Positions 48,413 to 61,987 of a stretch of 64,000 bases of DNA are shown here, one piece after another. Within the stretch, counting starts at the first letter, position 1; the number at the start of each line of letters is the position of its first letter. The position numbers and the translations under genes are program-made. The stretch is from Monocercomonoides exilis PA203. Taxonomy: Eukaryota; Protista; Preaxostyla. Where the stretch lies: assembly GCA_001643675.2 (NCBI GenBank), contig LSRY02000013.1, positions 1,488,001 to 1,552,000 of the forward strand, read 5' to 3'. The notes under the pieces are model-generated. The model saw nothing but the letters and a program-made list of their open reading frames with translations. It was not told where the DNA came from and did not search any database.

Positions 48413-51350
48413 TCAGAACCTCACATCAATTTCTCCTCCTTTTGACACCATTCTAAAACCCTTTGCCAGTTTCCACTCTTCCGGCGACTCGACAGAAATC
48501 GTTTTTATTTCAATCCCAGACAATGCCACGTCATTTAAAACAAAGCTCAGCGTGGCAGAAGGGCGTATATTTGAGTCAATGATTTTTTTACAAATATAAA
48601 TATTACTGTCACTTTCATTAATACTTTTACTTTCACGTTTACTGTCATTTTCACTATCATTTTTACTTTCACCTTCACTTTTTCTAACACTTTTGCTTTT
48701 TATGCTTTTAATATTTCTTTCACTGCCATAAGTGAAAGAAGGAGGGAAGTTAAATTGCCCGCTGAGTGAGGCTGTGGAAGAAGGAGGGAGTGTTTCAATG
48801 CTCCATCGGCCTTTCTGGAAGTTGTGAATGATGATGAATGATTGAGAAGATGGGCAATTATCATTGGTAGAAGAAATAGAAGAGGAAAGAAGAGGAAGTG
48901 GAAGAAGATAAAATGTTGTTGTTGTTGTGTGTATACCAATGGAAATGAATGAATATATTGATTTAGTTAAATTTAATCAAATTAAATTGAAGGGAATGGA
49001 AGGATCAAAGCAAAAGGAAGAAATAAAAAAAAGAGAATTATAACGAGAAGATGATGAATGAAAACGAACAAATTCATAAATAATAACAAAGCAAGCACAC
49101 AAAATCACATGCAACTATTTTGAAAAAAACAAATGCATTCAACAAACGAAAACAAACAAACAAACAAAAATTAATTTCATTTCATTTATCAATGATTCCA
49201 TCAACACTTCTTCTTCTTCTTCTTCTCTCTCTCTCTTTTTTCTTTTTCTTTCTTTCTTTCTATTTCCTCCTTCTCCCTCCCTCACACACTCACACACACA
49301 CAAACAACCAAACCTTTGAGATAGTGGAATAAGTGAAAGTGCCCATCGTGACTGTGATCGTGAGTGAATGAGAAATCTTTGGCAGTTTCAAATCGAGCTG
49401 GACATTGCGAAGTGGCTGGGAATGAGTGAATTGTGAAGTGAGCTGGGGAAAGGAGAAAGGAAGGGAAGGGAAGAGAAGAGAAGGAAGGAGAAGGAAGGAG
49501 AAAGGAGAAAAGAGGAGAGGGAGTAAGGGAGTGAAGAAAGAAGGAAGGAAATGATAGAAGAAGAGAGAAGAGGAAGAAAGAAGAGAGAATGAAATGAAGA
49601 GAAGAGAAGAGAAGAGAAAAACAAAAAAAATAAAACTGTCAACAGAAAATTTAAAGAAAATGAAAAAAATGAAAATATAAAACAAATAATTGTCTATTTC
49701 CTCCCCAAATAATAAGGTTTTAACAAACATAGACAGAAAATGAAGCTTTTTCAGGAAGAAGAGAAAAATTCGTGGAAACTGAAACTGGAGCAGGAATTTT
49801 CAGTTTGCGGCATCTGAAGATTGTTTTTGTGAAAAAAATGAAATTGGAAAAAATAAATAAATAAATAAATTTAGAAAAATTAAAATAAAATTAAAGAGAA
49901 AAATAAGAAGAAAAATCATTAAATGAAAAGAAAGAAAGAATGAATGAAATAAAAAAATATCAAATCGTTTTAAATAAAAATTTAAAAAAATAAATACTTT
50001 TTTTATTTTAAATAAAAAATAACAAATCTTCACAAAAATATAAATTTAACAAAATTTTCATACCCAGATCGATAAGAGAGCAAAACAAACTTTCCATCTG
50101 GAGGAACAAATGAAAGCACTTTCTGTTCTTTCCATCGAGGCAATCTTACACATGGATGAAGACTAAAAAAAAGAAAGAATTCAAAATATTTTTATTAACA
50201 ATTTGTTTTATTTTTTATTTTTTATTTTTTATTTTTTTTTTTTTATTTTTATTTTTTATTTTTTGGAATTAAAAAAAAAAATAATTCATCTTAAATAAAT
50301 GAATAAATAAAATAATAGAATCACACCTAACTTCTTCAAGCACATGTGGATTGTTGAAGGATACTGCCAAGTCTGGCATTCCACTGACTTTTGATGTTGC
50401 CTTAAGCTCTCCAGACACATATGACGTTGCGATATGTCCATTTCTATGAGTTAATTTTTGGGGTTTTATAAAATAAAATATTAAATATTAAAGAACAAAA
50501 TAAATATAAATATAAAAATAAAAATAGAGTTGAAACACAAAAATATGAAGGTAAAAATTCAAACTCTCTGCATATGGCATGATAAGACTCAACAATGTCC
50601 ATATAAAACTCATTTTGCATGTACTGAATGTCTCGGCTGCGCCACATCATTCCATCAAATCTGTCCAGAGGAAGATCATCTTTTGACTTATTTAAAAGAA
50701 AGATATAAGAATGAAATAAATATCTATAATGCCCTTATTCAAAATTTAACTGACAAACAATTTGCTTTCCTGGAAATAGACCTAATAGTGAAGGAGTTTC
50801 AAATAAATCCAGTAAAAATGACGGTTCAGTGCAATTTGGCATTCCCTTATCAAAAAATTCTTCGCACATCTTGCAAAAAATAAAGTGCAATAGAATAAAG
50901 TGCAAAAATATTTTTTCAAATTTGCATACAAGAAAAAGAAAGATATATTGTTGTTTAATCTTCTTTTCCAAATCCTTTTCACCAAAAAATGTTGTAATCA
51001 TTAAATCAATCCTTTCCAAAAGCGTCGTAATCAATAAAGGTGGGAACTCTTCCTCGGTTACCAAAGAATAAATGATGGAATGACGTTTCAAAACGAAAAT
51101 AAAAAATGAATTATCATCGCTTCGAATCAAGGGGAAATCTGCCATTTCTTCGTCAGACCACGTTATTTTATTTGTTATTTGCTGTAGTTGTGCATCTGTG
51201 AAAGTATCGGAATATAAGCGTTGAAAAAGGATATCACTAGCTCATGTGCAAAAAATCACAAAGATAAATGGGAATAATCGTAAAAGTTTATTTAATAAAC
51301 ATATAAAATTTAAACCCCTTTAATGGGCTTATGCTAAAACATGATATCAT
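48413..51350 (-). CDS. AP3M1: Adaptor protein complex medium subunit, most like AP-3 mu; multi-exon
   Basis: MISCFSISPLKG|DILFQR, FPPLLITTLLERI, WRSRDIQYMQNEFYMDIVE, VSGMPDLAVSFNNP, LHPCVRLPRWKEQKVLSFVPPDGKFVLLSYR, SGIEIKTI..KGFRMVSKGGEIDVRF*. Confidence 0.85.
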
Positions 51351-51533
51351 GCAAACTAGGCGTGAAATTGCAACAAATTATTGCATGATCTGTAACCTCA
51401 ATAAAAATTTTAACCTCTTTGGCAAAAATGTATTTCATCAATTTTCGTATTTAAATTTTGAAGTCTTTATATAAAAATAATTAGTGAAAAATTTGCCCCA
51501 TACAAATTTTTTTTCGATAGGGATTGATTTGGA

Positions 51534-52169
51534 ATGTCAAGTACTCCACCAGTTGTGACTGAAGAACAATTTGCAGGTGAAGATACACAAAAGAGTGAAG
51601 AATTTAATTCAACTGCAACAAGTGAACTTGAAAAGAGCAGAGACTCACAACAGCAATCACCAAAAGATTCGCCAAGAAGTTCAAGAGATTCAAGAAGAAG
51701 AACAAGGTCAAGATCATCGCACAGACGTTATAGATCATTATCTTATACAAGGGGAGATACAATGCGCTCGACAAGATCTAGACACAGAAACCCTGACCTT
51801 CCAAGTCACAACTTTCTCGATCCAACTGATCCTTCTTTTGACCATATTGTTGAAAAATATGAAAAATCGCCAGGCCCTATGTATGATACGGATAAAGCTT
51901 CTCTTATTCTTGCGAGGCGCACTGCAACCTGGAAAATACCAACCGAAGATCGTCTCAAGCATTTTGGAGGTCGTTCCATTTCTCCAGGGCCTGCTGCATA
52001 TACTGCAAGGAAACGTATGCTTATTCTTTTCTATGCAATATTATTTTTCGATATTATTTATGTTTTTTTAATTTTACGTTGTATTTTTTCAGTGGAAAGA
52101 ACTTCAAGTCGAAAAGGTTCATTTTCAAGGAATGAGCGTATCACCTCGTCGTGGTTGTTTTCTGTATGA
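51534..52169 (+). CDS. Sperm-tail PG-rich (SHIPPO/ODF3-like) repeat protein, probably flagellar
   Basis: SPGPMYD and SPGPAAY motifs; probable intron 52016-52091 (GTATGC..TTTCAG); divergent from the mu gene. Confidence 0.6.
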   Translation: MSSTPPVVTEEQFAGEDTQKSEEFNSTATSELEKSRDSQQQSPKDSPRSSRDSRRRTRSRSSHRRYRSLSYTRGDTMRSTRSRHRNPDLPSHNFLDPTDPSFDHIVEKYEKSPGPMYDTDKASLILARRTATWKIPTEDRLKHFGGRSISPGPAAYTARKRMLILFYAILFFDIIYVFLILRCIFSVERTSSRKGSFSRNERITSSWLFSV

Positions 52170-53157
52170 AATGAAAATATTCTTTCTCAAATTTTGATTG
52201 AATTCATTCTTATTTATTTCATTATTTTATTTTATTTATTTATAAAATTTTAGTAATTCTAATTGTTTAGTCATAAATCTACATGATTGAAGTTCGGTTT
52301 TATTCAGCAAATTATAAAAATTTCATTTTTTTTTAAAACGTCTAAAAAAACTTCTTTCATATTAAGTCTTGATAATGTCTTAGTTTTCATTTTATAATCC
52401 AAAGAAATCTATTTTTTTCTTTTTTTATTTTTAATAACCCAATATTTACTGTCTTCTTTTTTATCTTTTTTATTTTATTCATTGTGAAAGTGGTTTTATT
52501 GTTTTCTTCCATTTTTTACAATATTTTGTATGTTTTTTTATGTATTTAGCATATTTTTTATAAGACATAATAAAAAATACCTGAAGAATTTTATTATTCA
52601 GGTTGCATTTCATATCATAAAATATATGTGGAAGAAATCATAAACTTTGATTATTTTTTGTCATTTATCAATAATTGTGATTTCTTTCTTTCTTTCAGTT
52701 TTCTTCTTCTTTAAAAGAAAGATCTTTTCTTTTCTTTTCTTTTCAAAATAACATAAACTTCTTTAAAGATGCTTAAATATCTAGTTAGAACTTCCATTTC
52801 TTCTATGAATTCTAATCTTTAATGATTCTTTTCTTCATAACAAAAATTTGAATTTAGTCCCCCATTTTGATAATAAACACAATAAGTTGTTTTTTAACTA
52901 AATAAAATGAAATGACTTTGAACAATAAAAAGAAAAATCTAAAAAAGTTAACAATTTTTTGGAAAAGAAACAGAAACACTTAAATTACTAAGAAATAATG
53001 AGAACAAATCATTATCAATTGATTTCAGAAATTAAAAAATAATTTTTAAAGAGAATAAAACAAAAACTTTTTAAATCCAAAAATAAAAAAGAGGTTTAAT
53101 TTTTTTATAGAAGTCATCAGAAAATCTACTAAAAATTTTAACAATTCCCCCATAATT

Positions 53158-56100
53158 TCATCTGTTCTGCTTAATCTTTCTATACAACACAGAGAAAGAA
53201 GGAGCAATGTGAGTGAGCTGTTGAATGGCCTGAATCCATTCATTTGCTGTTTGCTCGTCTTCCACAATCAAATCAACCGTTCGATGCGAAAAACAGCAGG
53301 AAAACGAACGTAATTCGTCCTTCGCAACAGACGCAGGAATTGCCGGAGGAGGGAATTTTGCTTCGATTCCAACAGTTTGCTGAGAAGATTGGGTGTGATC
53401 AGACCCGTTTTTATTTCCTTTGTTATTTGCTTTCTTCTTTTCTTGTTCAATCTTCTTTTCCCACAATTCAACATTCTTTTCATATTTCTTTCTTTCTCCT
53501 GTTTGCGCTTTTTTAAACAGTTCTGTCATTTGCCCTCGCATAATTTGACTAAGCTCGCAAAGGGGGAATTTTTTTGCCGGCGCCGTTTTTGGAATTGTGG
53601 AAGGAGCGGCTTTTGAGTCAACCCATACAAGATATAAGTTCTGAGGAGAAAAAGAAAGAGAAGGGAAAAAGGGAGAAGAAGGAAGAGGAGAAGAAGGAAA
53701 TGGAGAAGAAGAAGGAGAAGATAGGGAAGATTGTCTTATAGGAGTGGAAAGTGAATTGGTTTGAGGTGTTTGAGAGGAAGAAGAAGAGGAAGAGGAAGAG
53801 GAAGCAGAAAGAGAAACAGAATGTTCCAATGGAGGAGTTAAAGCATTTTGTGAATGGATTTGCGAATTATTCAAAGAATTCAAATTATCATTCTTTTCCT
53901 TTGTTTTATTCGTTTTCTTCTTCTCCCCTTCTGTGTTTTCCCTGCTTCCTAATTTGGAATCACTGCATCCCATAACAAAAACCCATCTTTTTTGTTCTTT
54001 TGAATTTGTCCCGATTTTCCGGCAAAGACGCGGCTGGCAAAGAAAATTAAGGGAATTGAAAAGAAAAGGAGGAAGAGAAGAAGAAAGAGGGAGAAGGAGA
54101 GAGGAAGGAGAGAAAAGGAATGAAGAAGGAGAAGAAGGAGAAGGAGAAGGAGAAGAAAGAGGAGAAGAGGAAGAAGAGGAGGAAGATGATGATGAAGGAG
54201 TTGAAATAATTGAATTTGAAATGGAAGGAGAAGAAGAGGAAGAGGAAGAGGAAGAGGAAGAAGAAGAAGAAGGAGGAGGAGGAGGAAATATGGTGGAAGA
54301 AGGAGAAAGAGAAGGAGAAGGAGAAAGAGGAGAGGAAGGAGAAAGAGAAGAAGGAGAAGGAGAAGGAGAAGGAGGAGAAGAAGAAGAAGAAGAACTTAAC
54401 ATTTTCCTATTTGAAGAATTTTCAACTTTATTTCTGATTGCAATTTCTTTCTCTTTATTTGCTGTTTGTTTTGTTATCATTTTTTTTCTCTCTTTCTCTT
54501 TCTCTTTCTCTTTCTCTTTCTCTTTCTCTTTTTCTTTTTCTTCTTCTTCTTCTTCCTCCTCTTCTTCTTCTTCACTTTCTTCTTCATATTCTTCGCTTTC
54601 CTCCTCTTCTTCCTCCTCATCCTCATATTCTTCACTTTCTTCTTCTTCTTCACTTTCATTTTCTCCTTCTCTTCCTCTTCTTTCTTTCTCCTTCTCTTCT
54701 TTTTCATTCATTTTCTTCTCTTTCTCCTTCTCTTTCTTCTCTTCTTTCTCATTCATCATCATCATTTTCTTCTTCTTCTGTTGCATTTGTCTCAATTGGA
54801 TCATCTTCAGAATGGCTAACTGCTTCTGTGTGAGTGGCTGGTTGAGAGAAGATGGAGGAAGAGAAAGAGAAGAAGAAGGAGAAGAAGAAGATGGAGATGG
54901 AGAAGTTTGAGAAGAAGGAGAAGAGGAGGAGGAGGAAAACGATGAGGAGGGGGAAGAAGAAGAGGGAGAGGAAGAGAAAGAAAGAAGAAGAAGAAGAAGA
55001 AGAAGAAGATATTGAGGAGGAGGAGGAGGAGGAGGAGGAGGAGGAGGAGGAGGAGGAGGAGGAGGGAGAGGAAAAAGAAGATTGGAATGAGGAGGAAGGA
55101 GAAAGAGAAGAAGGAGAAGGAGAATGAGAAGAGGAGGAGGAGGATGAAGGAAGGGAAGAAGGGGAAGGGGAAGGAAGCGAAGCATGAGGATTTAACGATG
55201 AAATGGATGAAATGGAAGAAGAAGAAGCTGAAGCTGAAGAAAGAGAAGAAGAAGAAGAAGATGTTGTTGTTGTTTCTTCAAAAAGAGGATTTGAGAAGAA
55301 TGAAGAAGAAGAAGGAGAAGGAGAAGGAGAAGAAAATGATGAAGAAGGAGGACGAGGAGGAAGAGAAGAAGAAGAAGAGGAAGAGGAAGAAGAAGAAATA
55401 TCATTAAACATCAAATTATTCACATTTGAATCAACTTTTTCTTCCTTCTTTTCTTTTTCTTCTTTTATTTCTTCTTTCTTTTCTTCTTTTTCCTCTTTTT
55501 CTTTCTTTCTTTTCTTTCCTTCCTCTTTCTCTTTCTCTTCTTCCTCCTCCTCTTCCTCTTCCTTCTTTTTCTCTTCACTCATCATTTTATTTCTTTCCAT
55601 TTGTATTTTCTTTTCTTCTTCTTTTTCTTCTCTTTCTCTTTCTTTCTCTCTTTTAAATCTTTCTTCTTCTTCTTCTTTCCTTCTTCTTTCTTTCTCCTCT
55701 TCTTCAATTCTTTTTCTTTCTTCTTCTTCTCTTTCTCTCTTTCTTTCCTCTTCTTCTTCTTTTATTTTTCTCTCCTTTTCTTCTCTTTCTTTTTTAATTC
55801 TTTCTTCTTCTTCTCTTTCTCTTTCTCTTTCCTTTTCCTTTTCCTTTTCCTTTTCCTTTTCCTTTTCTTCTTCTTCTTTTCTTCTTCTTTCTTCTTCTTC
55901 TCTTCTTCTTCTTTCCTTCTCCTCTTCTTCTCTTCTTCTCTTCTCTTCTTCTTCCTTTTCTTGTTTCAACTTTTCCTCTTCCATTTTTCTTTCTCTTTCT
56001 TTTTCCTTTTCTCTTTCTTCTCTTTCTCTTTCTCTTTCTTCTTCTTCTTCTTTCTTTTTTCTTTCTCTCTCTTCTTTCTCTTCTTCCTCTCTTTTTAATC

Positions 56101-58004
56101 TTTCTTCTTCTTCCTTCTTCTTCCTCTCTTCTTCTTCTTTTCTTTTTCGTTTCTCTTCTTCCTCTTCTTCTTCTTTCTTCAATTTCTCTTCCTCTTTCTC
56201 TTCTTCTTCTTTTCTTTTCTTTTCTTCTTCTTCTCTTTCTCTCTCTTCTCTTTCTTTCTTTTCTTTCTCCTTCTTCTTTCTTTCTTCTGCTTTTATTAAT
56301 TCTTCTTCTTCTCTTTCTCTTCTTTCTCTCTCTCTTTCTTCTTCTTCTCTTTCTCTTTCTTCTTTTTCTTTTTCTTTTTCTTTTTCTTTTTCTTTTTCTT
56401 CTCTTTCTCTCTCTTCTTTCTCCTTCTTTCTTTCCTTCAATTTTTTCATTTCCTTTTCTATTTTTCTTTCTTTCTCTTTTTTGCTCTTCAAAATCAATCG
56501 GATGTTGTTTCGAACAAGTTTTATTAGAATTTCTTTTCTTTTCCTTTCTTCTTCTTCTCTTTCTCTTTCTCTTTCTCCTTTTATTTCTTTTTCTTCTCTT
56601 TCTCTCTCTTCTTTTTCTTTTTCTTTTTCTTTTTCTTTTTCGTCTTTTTCTCTTTCTTCTCTTTCTCTTTCTTCTTTAACTTTTAGCTTTTCTTTCTCTC
56701 TTTCTTTTCTTCTTTCCTCTTTTTCCTCTTTAACTTCTTTTATTTCTCTTTCCTTTTCCTTTTCCTTCCTTTTAATTTCTTCTTTTTCTTCTTCTCTTTC
56801 TTTTTTATTAGTTTCCTTCTTTTCTTTTAAATCTTCTTCATTTTCCTCATTTTCTATCAATTTTTCTGGTTTTTCGCTTTCTTCTTCAATTCTTTCTTCT
56901 TTTTCTTTCTCTCTTTCTCTCTCTCTTTCTCTTTCTTCTTCTTCTCTTTCTTCCTCTTTTCTTTGTTTCTTTTCATTTCTCTCTTCTTTTTCCTCTTCTT
57001 TTTCCTCTTTATTTCTTTCTCTTAATATAAATTCTTCAAATCTTTCTTTTTCCTCTTCTTCTTCTTTCTCTTTCTCTTCATGTTCTTCATTTTCTATCAA
57101 TTTTTCTGGTTTTTCAAATTCCTCTCTTTCTCTTTCTTCTCTTTCTCTTTCTTCTCTTTCTCTTTCTTCTCTTTCTCTTTCTTCTCTCTTTTTCCAATAA
57201 TTCCATCTTTCTTCTTCTTCTTCTCTTTCTTCTCTTCTTTCATATTCTTCTTCTTTTCTATTTTTCCTCTTCTTTTCTTCTTTCTCTTTCTCTTTTTCTC
57301 TTCTCAAATTTTCCGTTTTGAACGAAAATTTTTCATTTTCTTGCAAATTTCGACTGAAAAAAGGAGTTTTTCTTGTTTCTTTTCTCCAATTCATGCTTTC
57401 TTCTTCCTCTCTTTCTCTTTCTCTTTCTCTTTCTCTTTCTTCTTTTCTTTCTTCTTCTCTTTCTTCTCTCTCTCTCATTCTCTCCTTCTTCCTCTCCTTC
57501 TCCTTCTCTCTCTCACTCTTCTCCTCCATCTCCTTCTCCATCTTCTTCCTCCTCTCCATCTGCTTCATCTTCCAAGCAATCTTCTTCTCTTCTTCTTCTC
57601 TTCTTCTTTCCTTCTCCTTCTTCTCCTCTTCCTCTTTCTCCTCTTCTTTCCTCGCATTTTCACTCAATTTGATCGTTTTCTTCAGAAAATTAAGACGAAA
57701 CGAATCAGAAGAGGAGAAAAACGAAGAAGAATTCAGTTTTTCCTTGTCTGATTTTGGTGTGTTTAAATAAGAGGAAGAATTAAAAGAAGTATTAAAAGAA
57801 GAATTAAAAGAAGAATTAAAAGAAGAATTAAAAGAAGAATTAAAAGAAGAATTAAAAGAAGAATTTGAAATTGAATTTGTGGCAAAAGGTGAATTTCTTC
57901 GAAATGAGGAAGAAGAAAGAGAAGAAGAAGAAGAAGAAGAAGAAGAAGAAGAAGAAGAAGAAGAAGAAGAACGAGAAGGAGAGGTAGAAGAAGAAGAAGA
58001 AGAA

Positions 58005-58040
<36 letters not shown>

Positions 58041-58930
58041 GATAAATAAAGAGGAAGAGGAAGAGAAGGAGGAGAAGATGAAGTTTGAGAAATATGTGTG
58101 GTTTGTGAGGTTGGCCTGACTTCTGTAGCTCTTCTGGCTTTTGATGTTTGAGTGAATTGAAATGAAGAAGAAGAAGAAGAATAAGAAGAAGAACGAGAAG
58201 GAGAGGTCGAAGGAGAGGAAGAGAAGGAAGAGGAGGAAGAGGAGGAAGAAGAAGAAGAAGCATAAGGAGGAGAAGAAGAAGAAGAAAAGGAGGAGGAGGA
58301 GGAAGAAGGAGAGGTAGAAGAAGAAGAAGAAGAAGAAGAGGGAGGAGTAACTAGATTTACTGAAGTGATTGATCTAACTGAAGTAAGCGATGTGAGTGGA
58401 GTGGCTTGTGATGCTTGTGCTGTTTGTGTTGCTTGTGCGAATCGCCGAAAAGAACTGCGATATGCCGGCGGGGTGGGAGTAAACAGCGCTTTCTGGGAAT
58501 TCAACGGCTCAGGCGCGGAATCGAAGGATTGTCTTGCTAATGGAAGCGGAGATAATTCCTGCGGACTTTCGTGTCTACGTTCTTTTGATGCGTTTGAGAA
58601 AAAAGAAGTTGATACATTATCTTGTGTCATATCAAGAGTGTCAAAAAGTGATGAAATATTACGACTTTTATTAATGGTATTCCAACCACGTAATTGCGAT
58701 GGGGTTTGATAATTTTCTTCTTTGGTGAAGTATCCCAATGTTTGCGTTTGAATGGGAAAATTCATGCGAGATTTGTTTGATGAAGATAAAGAAAGTGCAT
58801 TCTCTCTTGTGGGATATTTCGAAAATATGTCATGCTTGTTTTTCTTCGAATATGCAGTCTCATTTTCGCTAGCATATTTTCTTCCAATTTTTCTGTCTTC
58901 CGTTTGAGAAAATAGCGAATAAAATTCCAT
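53158..58930 (-). CDS. Very long Ser-rich and E/K/R-rich coiled-coil protein with C-terminal PH domain (apparent frameshift near 54990)
   Basis: Two overlapping ORFs with the same composition; C-terminus KRWVFV..LYLVW..LSQIMRGQMTELFKK..SFSCCFSHRTVDLIVEDEQTANEWIQAIQQL is a PLC/Mcp5-type PH signature. Confidence 0.75.
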
Positions 58931-59264
58931 CACTTAAGTCACTGAAAATTTTGAATATATCCAAGAGTATAAATAAAAAACAGTTCTCCAGATTATTTAT
59001 AGTTTCTAATTTAAATTAAATTTAATCTATAAATTCAAAGAATAAAAAAAAATACCAATATTTAAAAGCAAATAAATTATTCATTTCAAATATTGCAGAC
59101 TTTCAAAAATAAGTTTTATAAAAAGTGTTGAAGTTATCTACTAAAAAGCTATAAAATTGTTTAAAAAGCAATTCTTATTTGGAATCTCGAATCCAATGAA
59201 ATAATATTCAAATAATAATTTTATTGAAATTGCATTACTATAAATGGTTTATTGATCAATTTTT

Positions 59265-59265
<1 letters not shown>

Positions 59266-59323
<58 letters not shown>
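59266..59323 (+). repeat. Poly-T tract (~58 nt)
   Basis: Seen directly. Confidence 0.95.
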
Positions 59324-59324
<1 letters not shown>

Positions 59325-60272
59325 AAATGGTATTTAATTTTCGTTATCTTGTTTGCCAGTCTTTTCACTTTCTAACAGTCTTTTCTTCCTTTCTTCTTCT
59401 TTTTTCATGTTCTTTTCTAATCGATTTTCATTTCCGTCTTCCCCTTTTTTGTTTTGCTTTTTATTCATTTCATTCTTCAATCCATAAACGCCTTGCTCAT
59501 TTGTTTGTCTGCCATTTGCGTTGTCCTTTTCCCCTTTTTCCTCGTTTTTTGACTCGAAAAAATTTGATTGCTGTGTTCCATCATTCATCAGTCCTCTGAG
59601 TTTGAAAAAGCGACGGACAGAATAATCTTCCAAATTTATTTCATCGTCGAAAAATAAACAGAAATTCAGTTGTTCACATTTAACTTTTCTGAAATGGTTT
59701 GAATTTGTTCTTCAGGCTGAATTTTATTATCAACGAACAGTAACGGAAATGTTATTAGCAGCATTATGAAATTCATGCTAATCTTTTGCAACATTTTTAT
59801 TGATGATCTTTCATTTGAGAAATAATTGTTAGAAAAAATGATAGTTTTCTCCATTATCAAATAATGAAAGTTGTTAATCGTTGTTTCACTTCCAGTCACT
59901 TGTCAAAGCCATCAATGTCAAGCAATGAGGTGTGATCACAGATGTTTTTATGACTGTTTTGATTTTTTATTTTTCACAAAATTTTTCTCTTTGTTGCGAT
60001 CTGTTTTTTTCTGTGAATAACAAAAATGATGTTTCTTCTTGTCATGTCTCGATGAAAACCATGAAGGTGGTTGCATGCACAGAAAAATTTCAAGGTTTTT
60101 GTACATTTCTGGACTTGAATCTTTAATGATAAGAATTTTTTCTTTTCTTTCTTTTTCTTTTGAAGTATTTCTTGATGAGCTGGGGCGTTGTGCAGAAATT
60201 GAGCAAAAGCAAATTATCAAAGAAATGAATGGAAAAATAGTTGTGTTTAATGGCTGCGATGTATTTTCAAAA

Positions 60273-61682
60273 ATGCAGGAAACGGACAGCACAAAAAAGA
60301 TCACATGTTTTCAATTACAGCTGCATTTGAATTTTTGATGACGTAATTTTTTCTTTATTTTTTCAGATTTGCTTTTTGAACTGAAACAGTGTGGCGAGAA
60401 AGATCAAAAGCAGAAAATAGAAGAAATGAATGGAATAATTGATGAAATGGATAGAAATGCAATTCATTGGACTTTCACAAAAAATTTGTATGACAAAATG
60501 GGCAAAATGATTGAAGAAAAGAAAATATCAATGGAAAATGTCGTTATACTGTTGAAACATTAGGGTTATAGATCAGTTTTGATTGGATATTTGTTCAGTT
60601 TCATTTGCTATTCTTCGCTGTGCAAAGAATTTGAGAAGATGATAATTGAAGAAAATGAGAAAAAAGAAGAAAAGAATGATAATCTTTTGACTGACCTTTG
60701 CGAATGCTATCTTTTATTGAGTCCCGAGGTTTCTTCGGAATTTCTTTCAATTAGTGTGCCTTGCCTTAAAAGCTACATTGAACAAACAGGAAGATAAAAA
60801 AACACAAAAAGAAGTGGAAATTGCATTGCTTTCTTTGAGTTGCTTAAGAAAAGGAAATGTATGACCTTATCTTTGCTTTTTAGAGTTAAATATTTTTCCT
60901 TTATTGCTTTTAAATAGGAGATCAAAAAAAAGAAGTATTTGGAAAAGATTACAGAAATTATCAAGTGTCATCAAGAGCATCGTAATCTGACGCAACTTGC
61001 ATATCAATCTGCTTGGAATTTATTAATCACAGAAAATTCTTTTGATTGAAGCTATGAAAAACTGATTGTGAATGAACTGCATTTTGTGAAGGAGGCAGCA
61101 AGAGAGTTGGAAGAGCTAATGGAACACTTGGATTGGAAGGAAAAGGAAGACACTTGGGAAAAAAGAGGATTAAAAACGAACGAGTTTTTAAATGTTGATA
61201 GGTGGTTGGACATATATTGCAATTTCTTTGAATGTTTCGAGATTTATAATGAAGAATTTGCTGATTTGATTGGTTGCATGACAAGATTGTGCCGGGAAGC
61301 AAGGGAGAATCACATCAAAGTTGTCCTTCGATGTTGTGAGATTTTTGTGAAAATGATAATTCACCATCAATTTTTGATTGTTTTCAATGATTTGCTGAAA
61401 GGTGGAGTTTTTGATTTCATTTTGGAGGAAATTCGCGTTCAAACGTTGAAGGACTGTATGGCAGGTGAATTCTTGATATTCTTAATAAATGTTTCAAGGG
61501 AATTGAAAGAAAAGGAGCGTTTTGGAATAGAAAAAGCGAAAACAAAAGAGAAGAAAAGGAAAGTGTTTGAAAAGATGGAAGAAGAAGGATCAGAAGATAT
61601 CATCGCAAGCATTCATGTAACATATAAATACATCAAAAATAATTCTAATTCAAAAAAAAAAATAATTCAATTTCGGAATTAA
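60273..61682 (+). pseudogene. Degenerate paralog of the 12280-13719 family
   Basis: Collinear similarity including intron 1; TAG at 60561 and frameshifts near 60770 and 61050. Confidence 0.8.
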
Positions 61683-61987
61683 TAATTCGATTTCGAAAAA
61701 AAATAATTCAATTTCGGAATTTTAGGAATGAACATATCCATGTTGAATAATGTTAGAATTCAACTTTGAAAGTTTGTTGATGAATAATTTTTATGAATTT
61801 ACTTCAACTTATATATATTTTTCCTAAAAATTCGAAATAACATAAAAAAAAGTTTATAAAACAAAAATAAAATAGACTTTGTCTGATGCAATTATTATTC
61901 GCTAATCTTTTTGTAATTTCCTTGATAAAAGCACATATGATAATATATTTTTCAAACTATAATTTAAAAAAAAATAACTAAATAACT

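Noticed and set aside
53933-57770. Long plus-strand S/F/L- or E/G-rich ORFs
   Set aside because: Antisense shadows of the low-complexity minus-strand gene.
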